A stretch of 64,000 nucleotides of DNA from Flectonema sp. DT1601 (GCA_964019425.1 OZ025784.1:868001-932000); one strand, 5' to 3'. Positions 1 through 10,170 are shown, counted from the stretch's first letter. Translations and numbers: made by a program. The notes: generated from the sequence alone by a model not told the origin.

Positions 1-634
1 TAAAAAAAAAATTTTTAATTTTTCAGTGGACAACAATTTTATAATAAAATACATATTCTAACTAACAAATTTTTTTGGTTGGAATTATTTGTTTAAATTT
101 GATGTTCCGTTCTTCTCCCTTTTTTTTTTTTTTTTTTAAATTATTTCTTTATAATTACACCTTCCAACCCGATGTTCTTTAGTTTGCTGTATCAGCAATG
201 CAATGTATTGGACTTCCTTATCTATCTATCTATCAACATAACCAGATGGTATGCGAAGATAATAATTAAAACGCAAAATAAAATATATGAACGACCTCGA
301 CTAATAACTCGATCGTCAGACAGGTCGAACATAAGAGTTTTAAAATTTGATCAAAAAAAAAAAACATTGCTAGCCCCATATCCTGGCGTAGCTCCGATGA
401 TTTTCTGCCTTGGAGACGCTTAGATGTTAGGAAACTGCAGAATACTTTTATTTTTTATACTTATCTCTACTTCCCGTTACGGATTGTGTCTTCTGTTGTT
501 GTGAGTTACCCTCTTAGACTACTCATAATATGCAGAAACGTTTTGGGTTAAAAAAACTAACTTTGATTAACCATTAATACTGACTAAATCTAAATTACTA
601 TCAAATGAATAATTTTCTATTTCCCATCCTCACT

Positions 635-746
635 AGTTACACAGACACCCCCCTCCATGGATGATTAATCACTTTCGGTAGGACAGATTCCTATAAAAGT
701 CATTTTACAATAATTCACACTTAAACTCAACAGTTAAATATAAACC
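635..746 (+). promoter_or_regulatory. Conserved upstream block of the DOMON genes (TATAAAA motif plus CAG acceptor-like site)
   Basis: A near-identical ~110 bp block (tagttacacagacac...cctataaaagtc...ctcaacagttaaatataaaccATG) precedes all four DOMON genes (also ~20510-20622, ~27445-27556, ~62740-62853), even where further-upstream flanks differ. Confidence 0.5.
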
Positions 747-3314
747 ATGAGAGTACTCAGTCTCTTTATATTGTTATCCTTATTGGGTGTTGGTAGTTCA
801 CAATGCACGGCTTCGACTCTGATTGTGACGGGAAGCACGACTTACGACTGCGCAATTGATTTATCACATGAGGTAACCCTCCACTGGAATCGTGAAACAG
901 GCGGGGGAGTTGCTTTTGCGGCGACGACGACATCGGTCAACGGATGGTTTTCAGTGTCATTTCCTTATCGTTCGTTTTCCATGATCCCAGCAATTGGTGT
1001 CGCATCGACCAGTGCCACTGCTGCGGGTAGTTTCTCGTTCAATGAAAGGTCAGCGGCTGGAATCACTTCTGTGGTGTCTCCGTTGTTCAACAACCCGACC
1101 ACGGAGATTGTAAACGGGATGCGCATTCTGAGATTCAACGTGGAAGCGGGTTTTCTGTCAACTGGGATGCCAGTGAACTATGCTTTCCATTCCTATGAGA
1201 TGGATTTTCCTGTTAGCAAACATACTTCAGTAAGAAGTGTGATTGTGGATTTTGTTGTACCACTTCCTCCAGTTCCGATAAACTTTGTGACTTGCAGGAC
1301 TTCTAATCTGATTGTGGCGGGCACAACCTACGACTGCGTGGCGGATTTGTCACCTGAAGTAAGCATCCACTGGAATCGCGGTACAGTATTCGGACCAACA
1401 GAATTCGTGGCTACGACGACTTCGGTCAACGGATGGTTTTCAGTGTCGTTTCCACTATCTTTGGGTTCGATGATCCCTGCTATTGGTGTCGCATCGACCA
1501 GTGCCACTACTGCTGACATCATCTCGATTACTGGAAGGTCAGCGGCTGGAATCACTTCTGTGGTGTCTCCGTTATTCAGCAACCCGACCACGGAGATTGT
1601 AAACGGGATGCGCATTCTGAAATTCAACATCGAATCGTCTTTTCGGAACTTTCTCAGTACAATTAACTACGCTTTCCATTCATCTGAGATGAGATTTCCT
1701 GTGAGCAAACATACTTCAGTAGGAAGTTTGTCGGTTAGTTTCATAGGTGTTCAGCCAGGCAGACAACCCGCCCCTGCTCCAACTTGCAGGGCTTCAACTC
1801 TGGTTTTGAGAAAAACCACAACCTACGACTGCATGACTGATTTGTCGCCTGAAGTAAGCGTCCACTGGAATAGTGGGGCATTCTTTGGAACAACAGATTT
1901 CGCGGCGACGACGTCATCGGTCAACGGATGGTTTTCAGTGTCGTTTCCTAATACTTTGGGGTCCATGTTCCCAGCATTGGGTGTTGCTTCGACCAGTGCC
2001 ACAGCTGCAGACATCTTCTCATTCACTGAAAGGACAGCAGCTGGAATCACTTCGGATATGGTTCCTTTATCCAACACCCCGACCAACCCGACGGAGACAC
2101 CGACGTCGGATTCTCCCTCTTTGCCTCCTTCGGCGTCTCAGTTTTTTGAAAACCCGACCACGGAGATTACAAATGGAATGCGCATTCTGAGATTCAACAT
2201 TGCATCGCATTTATTACTGAGACCTGGCACGCCAGTGAACTTTGCTTACCATTCATCTGAGATGGATTTTCCTGTTAGCAAACATACTACAGTAGGAAGT
2301 GTGAGTGTCGATTTCGTGGAACCATTGCCAGCATCTCTCCCGCCAACAACTCTCCCGCCAACAACTCTCCCGCCAACAACTCTCCCGCCAACAACTCTCC
2401 CGCCAACAACTCTCCCGCCAACAACTCTGCCACCAACGCCAGTTGTGCCGCCACCAACTGTTGTTTCCTCTCCAGCTGTTGGCACTGTTAGATTTGAAGT
2501 AGTCGCAGAATTGAGTGATCTGGTTAGTCAGGTTGATACGTTGGTAGCTGCCGCTTCCACATCATTAGGTGGTACTGCTCGTTGTAGTATGTTGTGTCAA
2601 GGTACTAACTGTGTTAATTGTGATGGCACTGCTGTTAATCAAAGATCTGTTTCTACACTAGTCAGAGCAAGTTGGAGAGTTGTTTTGATTATAATTAATA
2701 ATGAAAATGGAAACATTACGAAAACAGCTGTCGATAATTCTTTGAAGGATCTCTTGTCAAACAATGCGGTTATTGGATACTTCGATGGAAGTGTTGCTGT
2801 TGTTGTTGCTGCTGCGAATAGTAACAACCCACAAGTTGTCGTCGTTAACAGTGACTTTGACGATGCTCACACTCACGGAAGGATCATGGTGGCAATATGG
2901 GCGTACTGGGTTCCTTTGTCGGTTGTTGTCAAGGTTCTTGGACCTTTTGTGTGTAAGCGAGAAGTGTTTAGGTTGCCAATACCAGTATTCATTCACATAG
3001 TCATGATGATTATTGCAATGTGTTTAACTACCGTTTTCGCTTCTATTGCCTTGTCAGACTTTAACAGCAGAGTGGACTATGGACATAGAGCACTTGGTAT
3101 TGCTTTATTAGTGATTGGGTGGGTTCAAATACTAAGTAGTCTTGTCAAGCCAGACAAGGAATTTGAGTTCAGAAAGTACTGGGGATGGGGACATGTTCTG
3201 TTTGGTATTTCAGTTGTGGTTATTTCAATCGCTCAAATGGCGACTGGAGTTGAAATAAGAACTACACTCTTCCTCTCTCTCTCTTTATCTCTCTTCTTAT
3301 TTTCGTCTTGTTAG
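747..3314 (+). CDS. Secreted/membrane protein with 3 DOMON-like repeats, Pro/Thr linker and cytochrome b561-like TM domain (CYBDOM/ferric reductase-like); 3' end replaced by a repeat from ~3255
   Basis: Signal peptide; three repeats with LHW...GWFSVSFP..SM(I/F)PA (Met ligand) and KHT (His ligand); C-terminal HG-IM...H...GH-LG...WGWGH b561 His pattern. After TGVE the sequence departs from the paralog tail (22019-22333) into a (CT)-rich repeat. Confidence 0.75.
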   Translation: MRVLSLFILLSLLGVGSSQCTASTLIVTGSTTYDCAIDLSHEVTLHWNRETGGGVAFAATTTSVNGWFSVSFPYRSFSMIPAIGVASTSATAAGSFSFNERSAAGITSVVSPLFNNPTTEIVNGMRILRFNVEAGFLSTGMPVNYAFHSYEMDFPVSKHTSVRSVIVDFVVPLPPVPINFVTCRTSNLIVAGTTYDCVADLSPEVSIHWNRGTVFGPTEFVATTTSVNGWFSVSFPLSLGSMIPAIGVASTSATTADIISITGRSAAGITSVVSPLFSNPTTEIVNGMRILKFNIESSFRNFLSTINYAFHSSEMRFPVSKHTSVGSLSVSFIGVQPGRQPAPAPTCRASTLVLRKTTTYDCMTDLSPEVSVHWNSGAFFGTTDFAATTSSVNGWFSVSFPNTLGSMFPALGVASTSATAADIFSFTERTAAGITSDMVPLSNTPTNPTETPTSDSPSLPPSASQFFENPTTEITNGMRILRFNIASHLLLRPGTPVNFAYHSSEMDFPVSKHTTVGSVSVDFVEPLPASLPPTTLPPTTLPPTTLPPTTLPPTTLPPTTLPPTPVVPPPTVVSSPAVGTVRFEVVAELSDLVSQVDTLVAAASTSLGGTARCSMLCQGTNCVNCDGTAVNQRSVSTLVRASWRVVLIIINNENGNITKTAVDNSLKDLLSNNAVIGYFDGSVAVVVAAANSNNPQVVVVNSDFDDAHTHGRIMVAIWAYWVPLSVVVKVLGPFVCKREVFRLPIPVFIHIVMMIIAMCLTTVFASIALSDFNSRVDYGHRALGIALLVIGWVQILSSLVKPDKEFEFRKYWGWGHVLFGISVVVISIAQMATGVEIRTTLFLSLSLSLFLFSSC
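2334..2433 (+). repeat. 15-bp coding tandem repeat (TTLPP)n
   Basis: The unit ccgccaacaactctc is repeated about 6 times. Confidence 0.95.
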
Positions 3315-3397
3315 CCATAAAATTAATTTCTAAAGATAATTTTTGATGAAATCCGATGTAATCGTATTAAAAATGATCAAAGTTGTTTTTTGTATTG

Positions 3398-3525
3398 TTT
3401 TTTTTTGACGAGGGGTACCCCGTCGAATAAGAACTACACTCTTCCTCTCTCTCTCTTTATCTCTCTTCTTATTTTCATCTTGTTAAACACAAAATTAATT
3501 TCTGAAAATGATTTTTGATGAATCC
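3398..3525 (-). mobile_element. Retroposon 3' end (SINE/LINE tail) with terminal hairpin and poly(A) on the - strand
   Basis: T-run + gacgaggggtaccccgtc + gaataagaactacactcttcctctctc. Copies at ~3255-3355, ~15210-15295, ~22853-22920 and ~30370-30500. Confidence 0.6.
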
Positions 3526-4571
3526 GTAATAAAAATAATTTGTTAAATACATGTCAAATAATTGACGTGTTCTTACGGACCAAAAATAATTTATTTTTTT
3601 ATTTCTTTGATTAATTTTGCAAAAATAGTTTTCTTTTTTTAAATTAAGTCTAGTCTTAGTTCTGAAGATAAAATACGCAGGGCAAAAGATGGATTTTATC
3701 CTTCTGACTGATGCCATAAAATTATAATAATTTGATTTTGTTGTGTTAAATTCGAAAAAAACAAAACAACGCAAAGAAAGAAAATTTTTATTCCTCCTCT
3801 CGTATTCTTTTCCTCTCATTTGAGGTTCCTTTTGATTCTGTTCCATACAGATTGATATAGTTATTTGTGTTGCCCAAATATTACGATGCGAACTTCGGTA
3901 AGCTTCTTACGATATTAATGTTTAGGGTGGTTTGGGGGGGGGGGGGGGGGTGAACGGCCTGGTTATGTTGCGGAGGGTTTTTTCTTTTCGCGGTATGAGG
4001 GCGTTCGACACGTGTAATTATTTCATGAAGAAAAGAGTTTTATATATCAAAAGGAAGAATATATTATATTTTATTACTCCCGTCTGTCGTTTTTATTATT
4101 ATTTTTTAGGTCCGGCGCAGTTATGACCCATAAACTGACTGTCATCTTACCTGATCCTTTTGGTTTTCATTTCTTGCTGAGTGATATGGCTATGTGCTAA
4201 GCCCACAGTACAATTATAATGCTTTGGACAACTGAGGGTGAAACGATCCTCGGTACTGTTCCGGGGGTTTCTATTTTCTTTCGTAGCGTGGGCATATAGA
4301 ACATGTAGTCGTATTATAAAGAAAGATGTGTATGAAAGAAAGAAGATTTTTTATTTTTTTCACCATCCCCCCCACTCCCAGATCATTTCTTTTTTATTTT
4401 CTTTAGTTGCTTACAACCTGTTAGCCTCTGTGCATGGTGGGAGCTGGAAGTCGATCACTTCCAGCCAATACTATGAAACTACAATCTTCGCGATTGGGTC
4501 CTTACTGATGCGGCTACCCAGACCCGCTCGTAGTCATCAGTTTGTATTTTGCTAGCTAACTAGTATTTTAA

Positions 4572-6023
4572 GCCTTTAGTTTCAAAAATATCTTACGTCT
4601 TGAATCGAGTGACCCTACACGATTCCCTTCTCTTGCGCTTGCAGAATGTCAAAAATTACTTGAATTCTGTATTGACTCCTCCTTTATTGCATTAAGAGGT
4701 TATATTTGGAGACAAACAATAGGCATTCCAATGGGTGGCAACGCCAGTAGCGATATAGCAAATCTCTACTGCTATAGAGTTGAATCCGCATATATCGATT
4801 CTTTAAATCTAGACTTAGCTCGGCAACATGACCACTCGTGTAGATACATCGACGACTTCCTCACCTGGAGTTGCGACCCTCCACCAGCAAGTCTATACTC
4901 AATGGATTACACTGATACTTCGAATAATATCGATGATGTCTCTTATATAGGAATTCGTATCCGAATAGAGATCACTAACACAAATAAACGATGGATTCGT
5001 TTAAGTGTTAACGACAAAGCCAGGGGTTGGCATATTACGCCAACAAGGTTTACCCATCAGCATTCCGCAGCTCAAGAATCAATGGGTTCAGGTATCTTTA
5101 CCACCATGATCTTACGAGCTCTAAAAATCTGCAACAACCAGGCAGACTTTTTACAGGAACTTGAAGCGGTAACATATAGATTACTCAACCGGGGCTATAA
5201 ATCTGACAATATCAGAGCAGCATGCCTCCGCTTCATTAGCTCTCACATTGATGATGGTAATACAGCAGCTGCAATGCGTCGACGTATCAACCTTACTTTT
5301 GAGAAGTTTAGTCACAAAGTCCCATTAAGCATCGAAAAGGATACAATTAACCATACAGGCTCTACAAGCCATTCCTTGGATAAACGATTTCCACCATCCC
5401 TACATCAAACATCAGGAGAAGGTCTTCTCGGTGGAGAATGCGGATGGGCAGCGCTCAACTTCATTGCAGATCATTTATATATTGATAGAATTAACTTCAG
5501 TTTTCTGCAAAACTACCAACAGCGATTTTATGAAGAATCTCTTAAAGTAGAACCGAACAACTCAGAGCATAAACCATCACCAGATGGTTGGTTCTCGCTA
5601 CAAGTACTTAACATGGCTTGCATGACTAAATTCAACAGGAGAATCGAGTACTTCGTTAACCCTGCAGATTTCGATTATCCTGAAGCAGCCGCAGCACTTA
5701 TTCTGCATAAAGCGAAAACAAGGATGACTCACTTTATTGTTGCGCTAGTCTCATTTGAGTCCATGATCATCCGAGACATTCTTAAAGGCACAAAAGATTT
5801 AAGACTCCCTTTCGATCATTTTGACAAGATGTACCAAACTACAGAATATAGTTTCCATATGATACCATTAAAAGCTCAGACTGATATGGATGTTACAATG
5901 ACACCTGCGAATATAGGACCTTTGATGATATGCGAGGATAAAATAAAACGGAAATTGGATGACGACTCATCCATTAACTCGACTGTAATAGTGAAACGAC
6001 CAGACGTCAAAAATTCAAATTGA
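4572..6023 (+). CDS. Penelope-like reverse transcriptase C-terminal half and thumb, fused to a Josephin-like cysteine protease domain (5' partial)
   Basis: RT motifs: YIWRQTIGIPMGGNASSDIANLY, RYIDD (YIDD at 4845-4856), SVNDK, RALKICNN...F...L...LLNRGY. These are followed by ECGWAALN, DGWFSLQVLNMA, HFIVAL and IIRDIL. Confidence 0.75.
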   Translation, partial: AFSFKNILRLESSDPTRFPSLALAECQKLLEFCIDSSFIALRGYIWRQTIGIPMGGNASSDIANLYCYRVESAYIDSLNLDLARQHDHSCRYIDDFLTWSCDPPPASLYSMDYTDTSNNIDDVSYIGIRIRIEITNTNKRWIRLSVNDKARGWHITPTRFTHQHSAAQESMGSGIFTTMILRALKICNNQADFLQELEAVTYRLLNRGYKSDNIRAACLRFISSHIDDGNTAAAMRRRINLTFEKFSHKVPLSIEKDTINHTGSTSHSLDKRFPPSLHQTSGEGLLGGECGWAALNFIADHLYIDRINFSFLQNYQQRFYEESLKVEPNNSEHKPSPDGWFSLQVLNMACMTKFNRRIEYFVNPADFDYPEAAAALILHKAKTRMTHFIVALVSFESMIIRDILKGTKDLRLPFDHFDKMYQTTEYSFHMIPLKAQTDMDVTMTPANIGPLMICEDKIKRKLDDDSSINSTVIVKRPDVKNSN

Positions 6024-6102
6024 GCAAAAGCAAATAAACATTGCTAGCCCTATCCTGGCGAGCTCCGATGGATTTTTATCTTTGAACGATAGCAACTTCA
6101 AC

Positions 6103-6189
6103 ATAGAATGAAGTCCCTTAGAACTTACTGATGAAGGCCTAAAAAGGGACAAGTAGTATAAGATTAAGGCCTGAAACTACATATTCTAT
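6103..6189 (+). ncRNA. Hammerhead ribozyme, non-circularly permuted (family A)
   Basis: CTGATGA 6128-6134; stem II aggcct 6135-6140/6167-6172; GAAA 6173-6176; stem III ctac 6177-6180/gtag 6153-6156; GUA cleavage triplet ending at 6158; stem I ctta 6124-6127/taag 6159-6162. Confidence 0.7.
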
Positions 6190-6364
6190 TACCCTTTGAT
6201 GTTAGGAAACTGCAGAAATGAATACTTTTCTTTTATTGATCTCTACTTTTCTTATTCTCACTTTTCTGTTCTAAAATTAATGATACTAACTAGTATTTTA
6301 ATTTTACTTTTTTTATATTCTAATTTAGTGCACGTTTTTATGATAAACTCATATTCTAACTAAC

Positions 6365-6535
6365 TAATCTGATGAAGACCTAAAAAGGGACAAGTAGTAT
6401 GAGATTAAGTCTCCTGAAACTACATATTCTATTACCCTTTTGATGTTAGGAAACTGCAGAAATGAATACTTTTGTTTTACTAATCTCTACTTTTCTTATT
6501 CTCACTTTTCTGTTCTAAAATAAATGATACTAACT
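6365..6535 (+). repeat. Second, degenerate tandem copy of the PLE 3' region (pLTR-like), including a hammerhead core
   Basis: Duplicates ~6125-6290. Stem II shows a compensatory change (agac/gtct). The 5' clamp strand is missing. Confidence 0.8.
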
Positions 6536-6749
6536 TTTTTTGTTTTTCAACTCGTTAGTCTTTCGGTAAGGTGAGCATCTGGGAATTGATGCTTCCAGTC
6601 GAAGATATAAAAACACAATCTTAGATTCTCGTTAAAAAAGATACTGTTGGATTGGTTTTTAGAACAAGTTGTTTCCTTCTCTCGTATTATTTTCCCCTCT
6701 CTAACTTTCTTTTTTTCTTCATCTGTTCTTTATTGATTTCCAATAATTA

Positions 6750-9235
6750 ACACGGCGGTGGTAAACGATGGTGTACATGAGAAGATAGATGGGATCGAAG
6801 CGAAGGGCCTGTCTGTCATCTCTCAGATAGAAGGTTGGATGGTTTCCTCTAAGATGGAGGTAAACATGAAGAAAACAGAGTACGTTGCCTTTGGTAAGCG
6901 CATCTCTGGCTCCGATGTCGAATGGAGTAGGGCACCTCGCTTCTACTTCCCATCGTCTGTTGAAGAACTACACGTGCCTACAGGCGCTGCCAGTGCTCTC
7001 ACTGAGAAGCTTTCTCCATCAATAGGGGCAGTTCTGGATCTCGCTGATGCTTTGCTGCCATTGGAGATTGATGGTTACCCAGTGACGAGACGGTCCGACT
7101 TTGTCCGACTGGCCGGAGCTCGAAATAACAAGGAGTTCAGGCTGAAAGCAGCGATCCCATTAAAACGTGTCAGGAGCGCGAAATACCTAGGAGTTGTCAT
7201 TGATGACTCGCTATGCTTCGACGAACAGGTTGATTAGATTGTGAAAACAATTCGAGCTGGTTGCGGTTTACTCAAAATGTTCTCTCCCTATGAGGTCAAA
7301 ACCGATACCCTTCGTCAGCTTGTAGATGGTGCAGTGTTATCTCGAGCGTTCTTTGGGCTAAAGGCTTTTTCTCCCTTTTTGTCTGATACTCAGATGAAGC
7401 GGATCGAAGCGTGCTTGCGTCATCTGTGGATAAGACTCACTGGTTGCTCATCCTCGATGACGGATGTGGTGCTCACAGTCGAGTCACGAATTCCACCGCT
7501 GCAACAAATGATATCTAGGCTCCTTGCCCTAGTTCATGAAGATCTGCTAAGGCGACAACCTGAATGTCCTTCATGGAGGCTGTTTAACGGTGATGAGAAG
7601 AAGAGACCATGGCAGACTAGAGTTGAAGCCTGTTCTTCGGAATTTTCTCTGTCGGAGCTTAGGTCCCAGAAAGTTCTGCCACATCAGTATCCTCCGTGGT
7701 CGAAACATCCTCCTTTGGTTGTAAACACGTCCTGCGGTTATGACAAGACTGACACACCTGAGGAGAAGTATGCTGTGGCGATGACGACCCTCAATGAACT
7801 GCCCCCGTGTGTTGCTGAAGTCTACACTGATGCCTCGGTCTTCCATGACAAGGAGCGGGGATTATTATGTGGGGGGGGCTGCTGTTCTGCTAGTTGCTGG
7901 CAAGGTCATTGAGAAGCTCTCCAAGTTCCAACCGTCCCTCACGATTTACAATGCAGAACAACTAGCACTATTGTCAGCCCTTGAACTACTGGAGGAGAAT
8001 CTTCATGTTGTTTCGCATGGTGTGATTCATATTTGTGCATAGGGGGCCATCCAGGCAGTCATCATCAACGAATCGTGAGATTTTTGAACGATAGGCCACT
8101 GATTTTCCAGCATGTCCCATCTCATTGTGGCATTGCAGGGAATGAACTGGCTGATACACTGACGAAGAAGGCAGCCTTGCAATCAGTTGATCCTGAACTG
8201 ACTCCGTATGATTTCAGGATGGCTCAATGTTGTATTAAGAAACAAGCAAATTGGAAGGCTATGGGTACTGTGGACTCTTCGCATTCTTACAGCAAAGCGA
8301 CTCTAGGATCTGGCCCTCAACGTTTCCTTCCCTGTCTCACTAGGAGGCAGGAGGTGGAATTGTCTCGTCTGCGAACCTCTCACCGCAGGCTTGTAAAGCT
8401 ACCGAGGGTCACTGCGGGCTTTAAATGTTGTCTGTTCTGTGGCTTTCAGGATACCTCTACCGAGCATCTGCTGCTTGATTGCGTTGAGACCAGGGAATTG
8501 GTAAAGCAAACCATGAGATTTCCGACACCTGATGATGAGCTATCTCTGGATATGTTCTTTCGAACCGAATGGCAGCCTTTCACTTTGTTATTGATCAGCA
8601 AGCTTGATAATCATCTTAAAGAGTTATCTGACAATCCGTTGTTGTTGAAGTTTCCGCTTCAGGGTACTTTTGTGAGGAAGAAACTAATCACGCACGTCGA
8701 AAGGAAGACATGTTTCTCGTTACTGGGTTCTGATGTGAAGGAATATGTTATGGAACTTATTGATAACGCTTACAAAGCTACCTATTTAAATGTTGTTATC
8801 GACGATCTTTCTATGGTTAATGTGCTGGTCAATCCTGATTGGTCGGAATCCAAGCTTTCTAAGTTCCTCTCTCGCTTGAGTCGCCTCCTGCGACGTAATC
8901 CCCGAAGTAGATAAAGAACGTCTCTTTCCTCTAGTGTAATTTCTTATTTTATTTTATTAGTATCATTTCTCTTTCTTATCATTACTTTATTTCTTATTTC
9001 CTGATCTAATGTGGCGTGTTCTCCCTCTCTTTGACGAAAATTGGCGTTATCAGCCGTGCGTGGATGGTGGGTTTAGGTAGTCATTTGTTCCAGGTTATTC
9101 TACGTCTCTTATCGTCTGTGAGAGTCTCACGGTTGCTGGTAGCGATATAATTGTTACCCTAACTGTGAGCTTTTCCTGGCTTTTGGCTTCCTAGGCTTCG
9201 TAAATAAATAAATAAATAAATTAATAAATAAATAC
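6750..9235 (+). mobile_element. Decayed, 5'-truncated non-LTR retrotransposon (RT C-terminus + RNase H + CCHC; Ingi/I-group-like) with (TAAA)n tail
   Basis: Motifs KKTEYVAF...KYLGVVID, YTDAS, YNAEQLAL, HVPSHCGIAGNELAD, LSRLRT and CLFC...HLLLDC. There is an in-frame TAG at 7235-7237 and frame breaks near 7875 and 8040. The 3' UTR ends in (taaa)n at ~9200-9235. Confidence 0.88.
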
Positions 9236-9853
9236 TTTTTTTTTAAACTTTTTTTCCTCTTTTTTTTTTTTCTCCCTGAGTCCGCTGAACTATATGGCCT
9301 AACTTCTTCTTTTGTCTTCTCGTTCGAGGATGGGCACGACCTCGTCCTCCTGCGTCTTGTTGTACTGTCTGGGTGATCCAAGGCTCTGGATGCGGTCTCC
9401 TCTCCGGCGGTCCAGCATCTAGGGCAGGTGGTTATCTGGCACTTTGTGCTCCTGAACCATTTCCGTTGTAACAATTTTTTTTTTCATTTTATTCTTTAAA
9501 AAGTCAAGTATATTATTTTGCAAGCCCAGCCATTTCAATTACTCAAAAACTTTGGAATAAAAGTTCCCAGAATTTGGAGACACGCAATAAATTTGGTTCC
9601 TCCTCTCGTCATTATTATCTTTTCCCTCTTTAATTACGGTATCAGTACCACTTCTTTTTTCTTTTTTATTTGTTTCTCTCATTTCAACCAGAAGCATATC
9701 CTTTACTGTAATCTGAAGGAGATTGATTTTTGGGAGAAAGAAAGAAACAAAGAAAAAAAAAAAAGAAACAAGATTCAACTTCCTCTCGAGATTTAAAATT
9801 TTGCTTTTTTTTACAAATGAAACTCAGGCGCTATCTAATTTTCATTCATTGGC

Positions 9854-9978
9854 AGGACAGGCCTGACACTGCAGTGTCCCCCTTGCTTACTTCGCTGAAG
9901 AGGGCTTGGGTAAGGGGAATGGTCCGAAGAAAGATTGCTTTTAATCTTAGCCCGAAACCAACTTGTTTGTTGTCCTAC
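9854..9978 (+). ncRNA. Hammerhead ribozyme, non-circularly permuted (family B)
   Basis: Stem I cttcg 9890-9894/cgaag 9925-9929; CTGAAGA 9895-9901; stem II gggct 9902-9906/agccc 9949-9953; GAAA 9954-9957; stem III cca 9958-9960/tgg 9920-9922; GUC ending at 9924. Confidence 0.7.
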
Positions 9979-10170
9979 GAAATTATACTTTTTTTTTTTT
10001 TTTCCCCCTGAATTTAAAGGGGTTGTGCGAAGTGAAAAAAAAATTCTTTTTTTCACTAACAATAAAAAAACTCAGACGCTAAAACTAAAATTTCATTATT
10101 TTCTACAGTTTTATATTGTTATTGGGTACAGTTTTTTTTCTTAACAAGAAAAAAAAAAAAAAAAAAAAAA

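Larger units (their letters stand above)
4572..6285 (+). mobile_element. 5'-truncated Penelope-like element (PLE) with hammerhead-containing 3' region
   Basis: Flanked by the direct repeat ctaactagtattttaa (4556-4571 and 6286-6301). The reading frame is open from 4572 and carries PLE RT motifs. A hammerhead core lies in the 3' non-coding part. Confidence 0.8.

Noticed and set aside
6021..6100. Selenocysteine readthrough of the PLE TGA with a SECIS
   Set aside because: Readthrough adds only about 7 residues before TAG, and there is no convincing SECIS core.
6103..6189. Canonical type III hammerhead using GUC at 6113-6115
   Set aside because: The segment between GUC and CUGAUGA cannot form stem I, whereas the permuted model pairs all stems perfectly and matches family B.
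7235..7237. Stop-codon reassignment (in-frame TAG)
   Set aside because: The element also has frameshifts, and host genes end normally in TAG, TAA or TGA.
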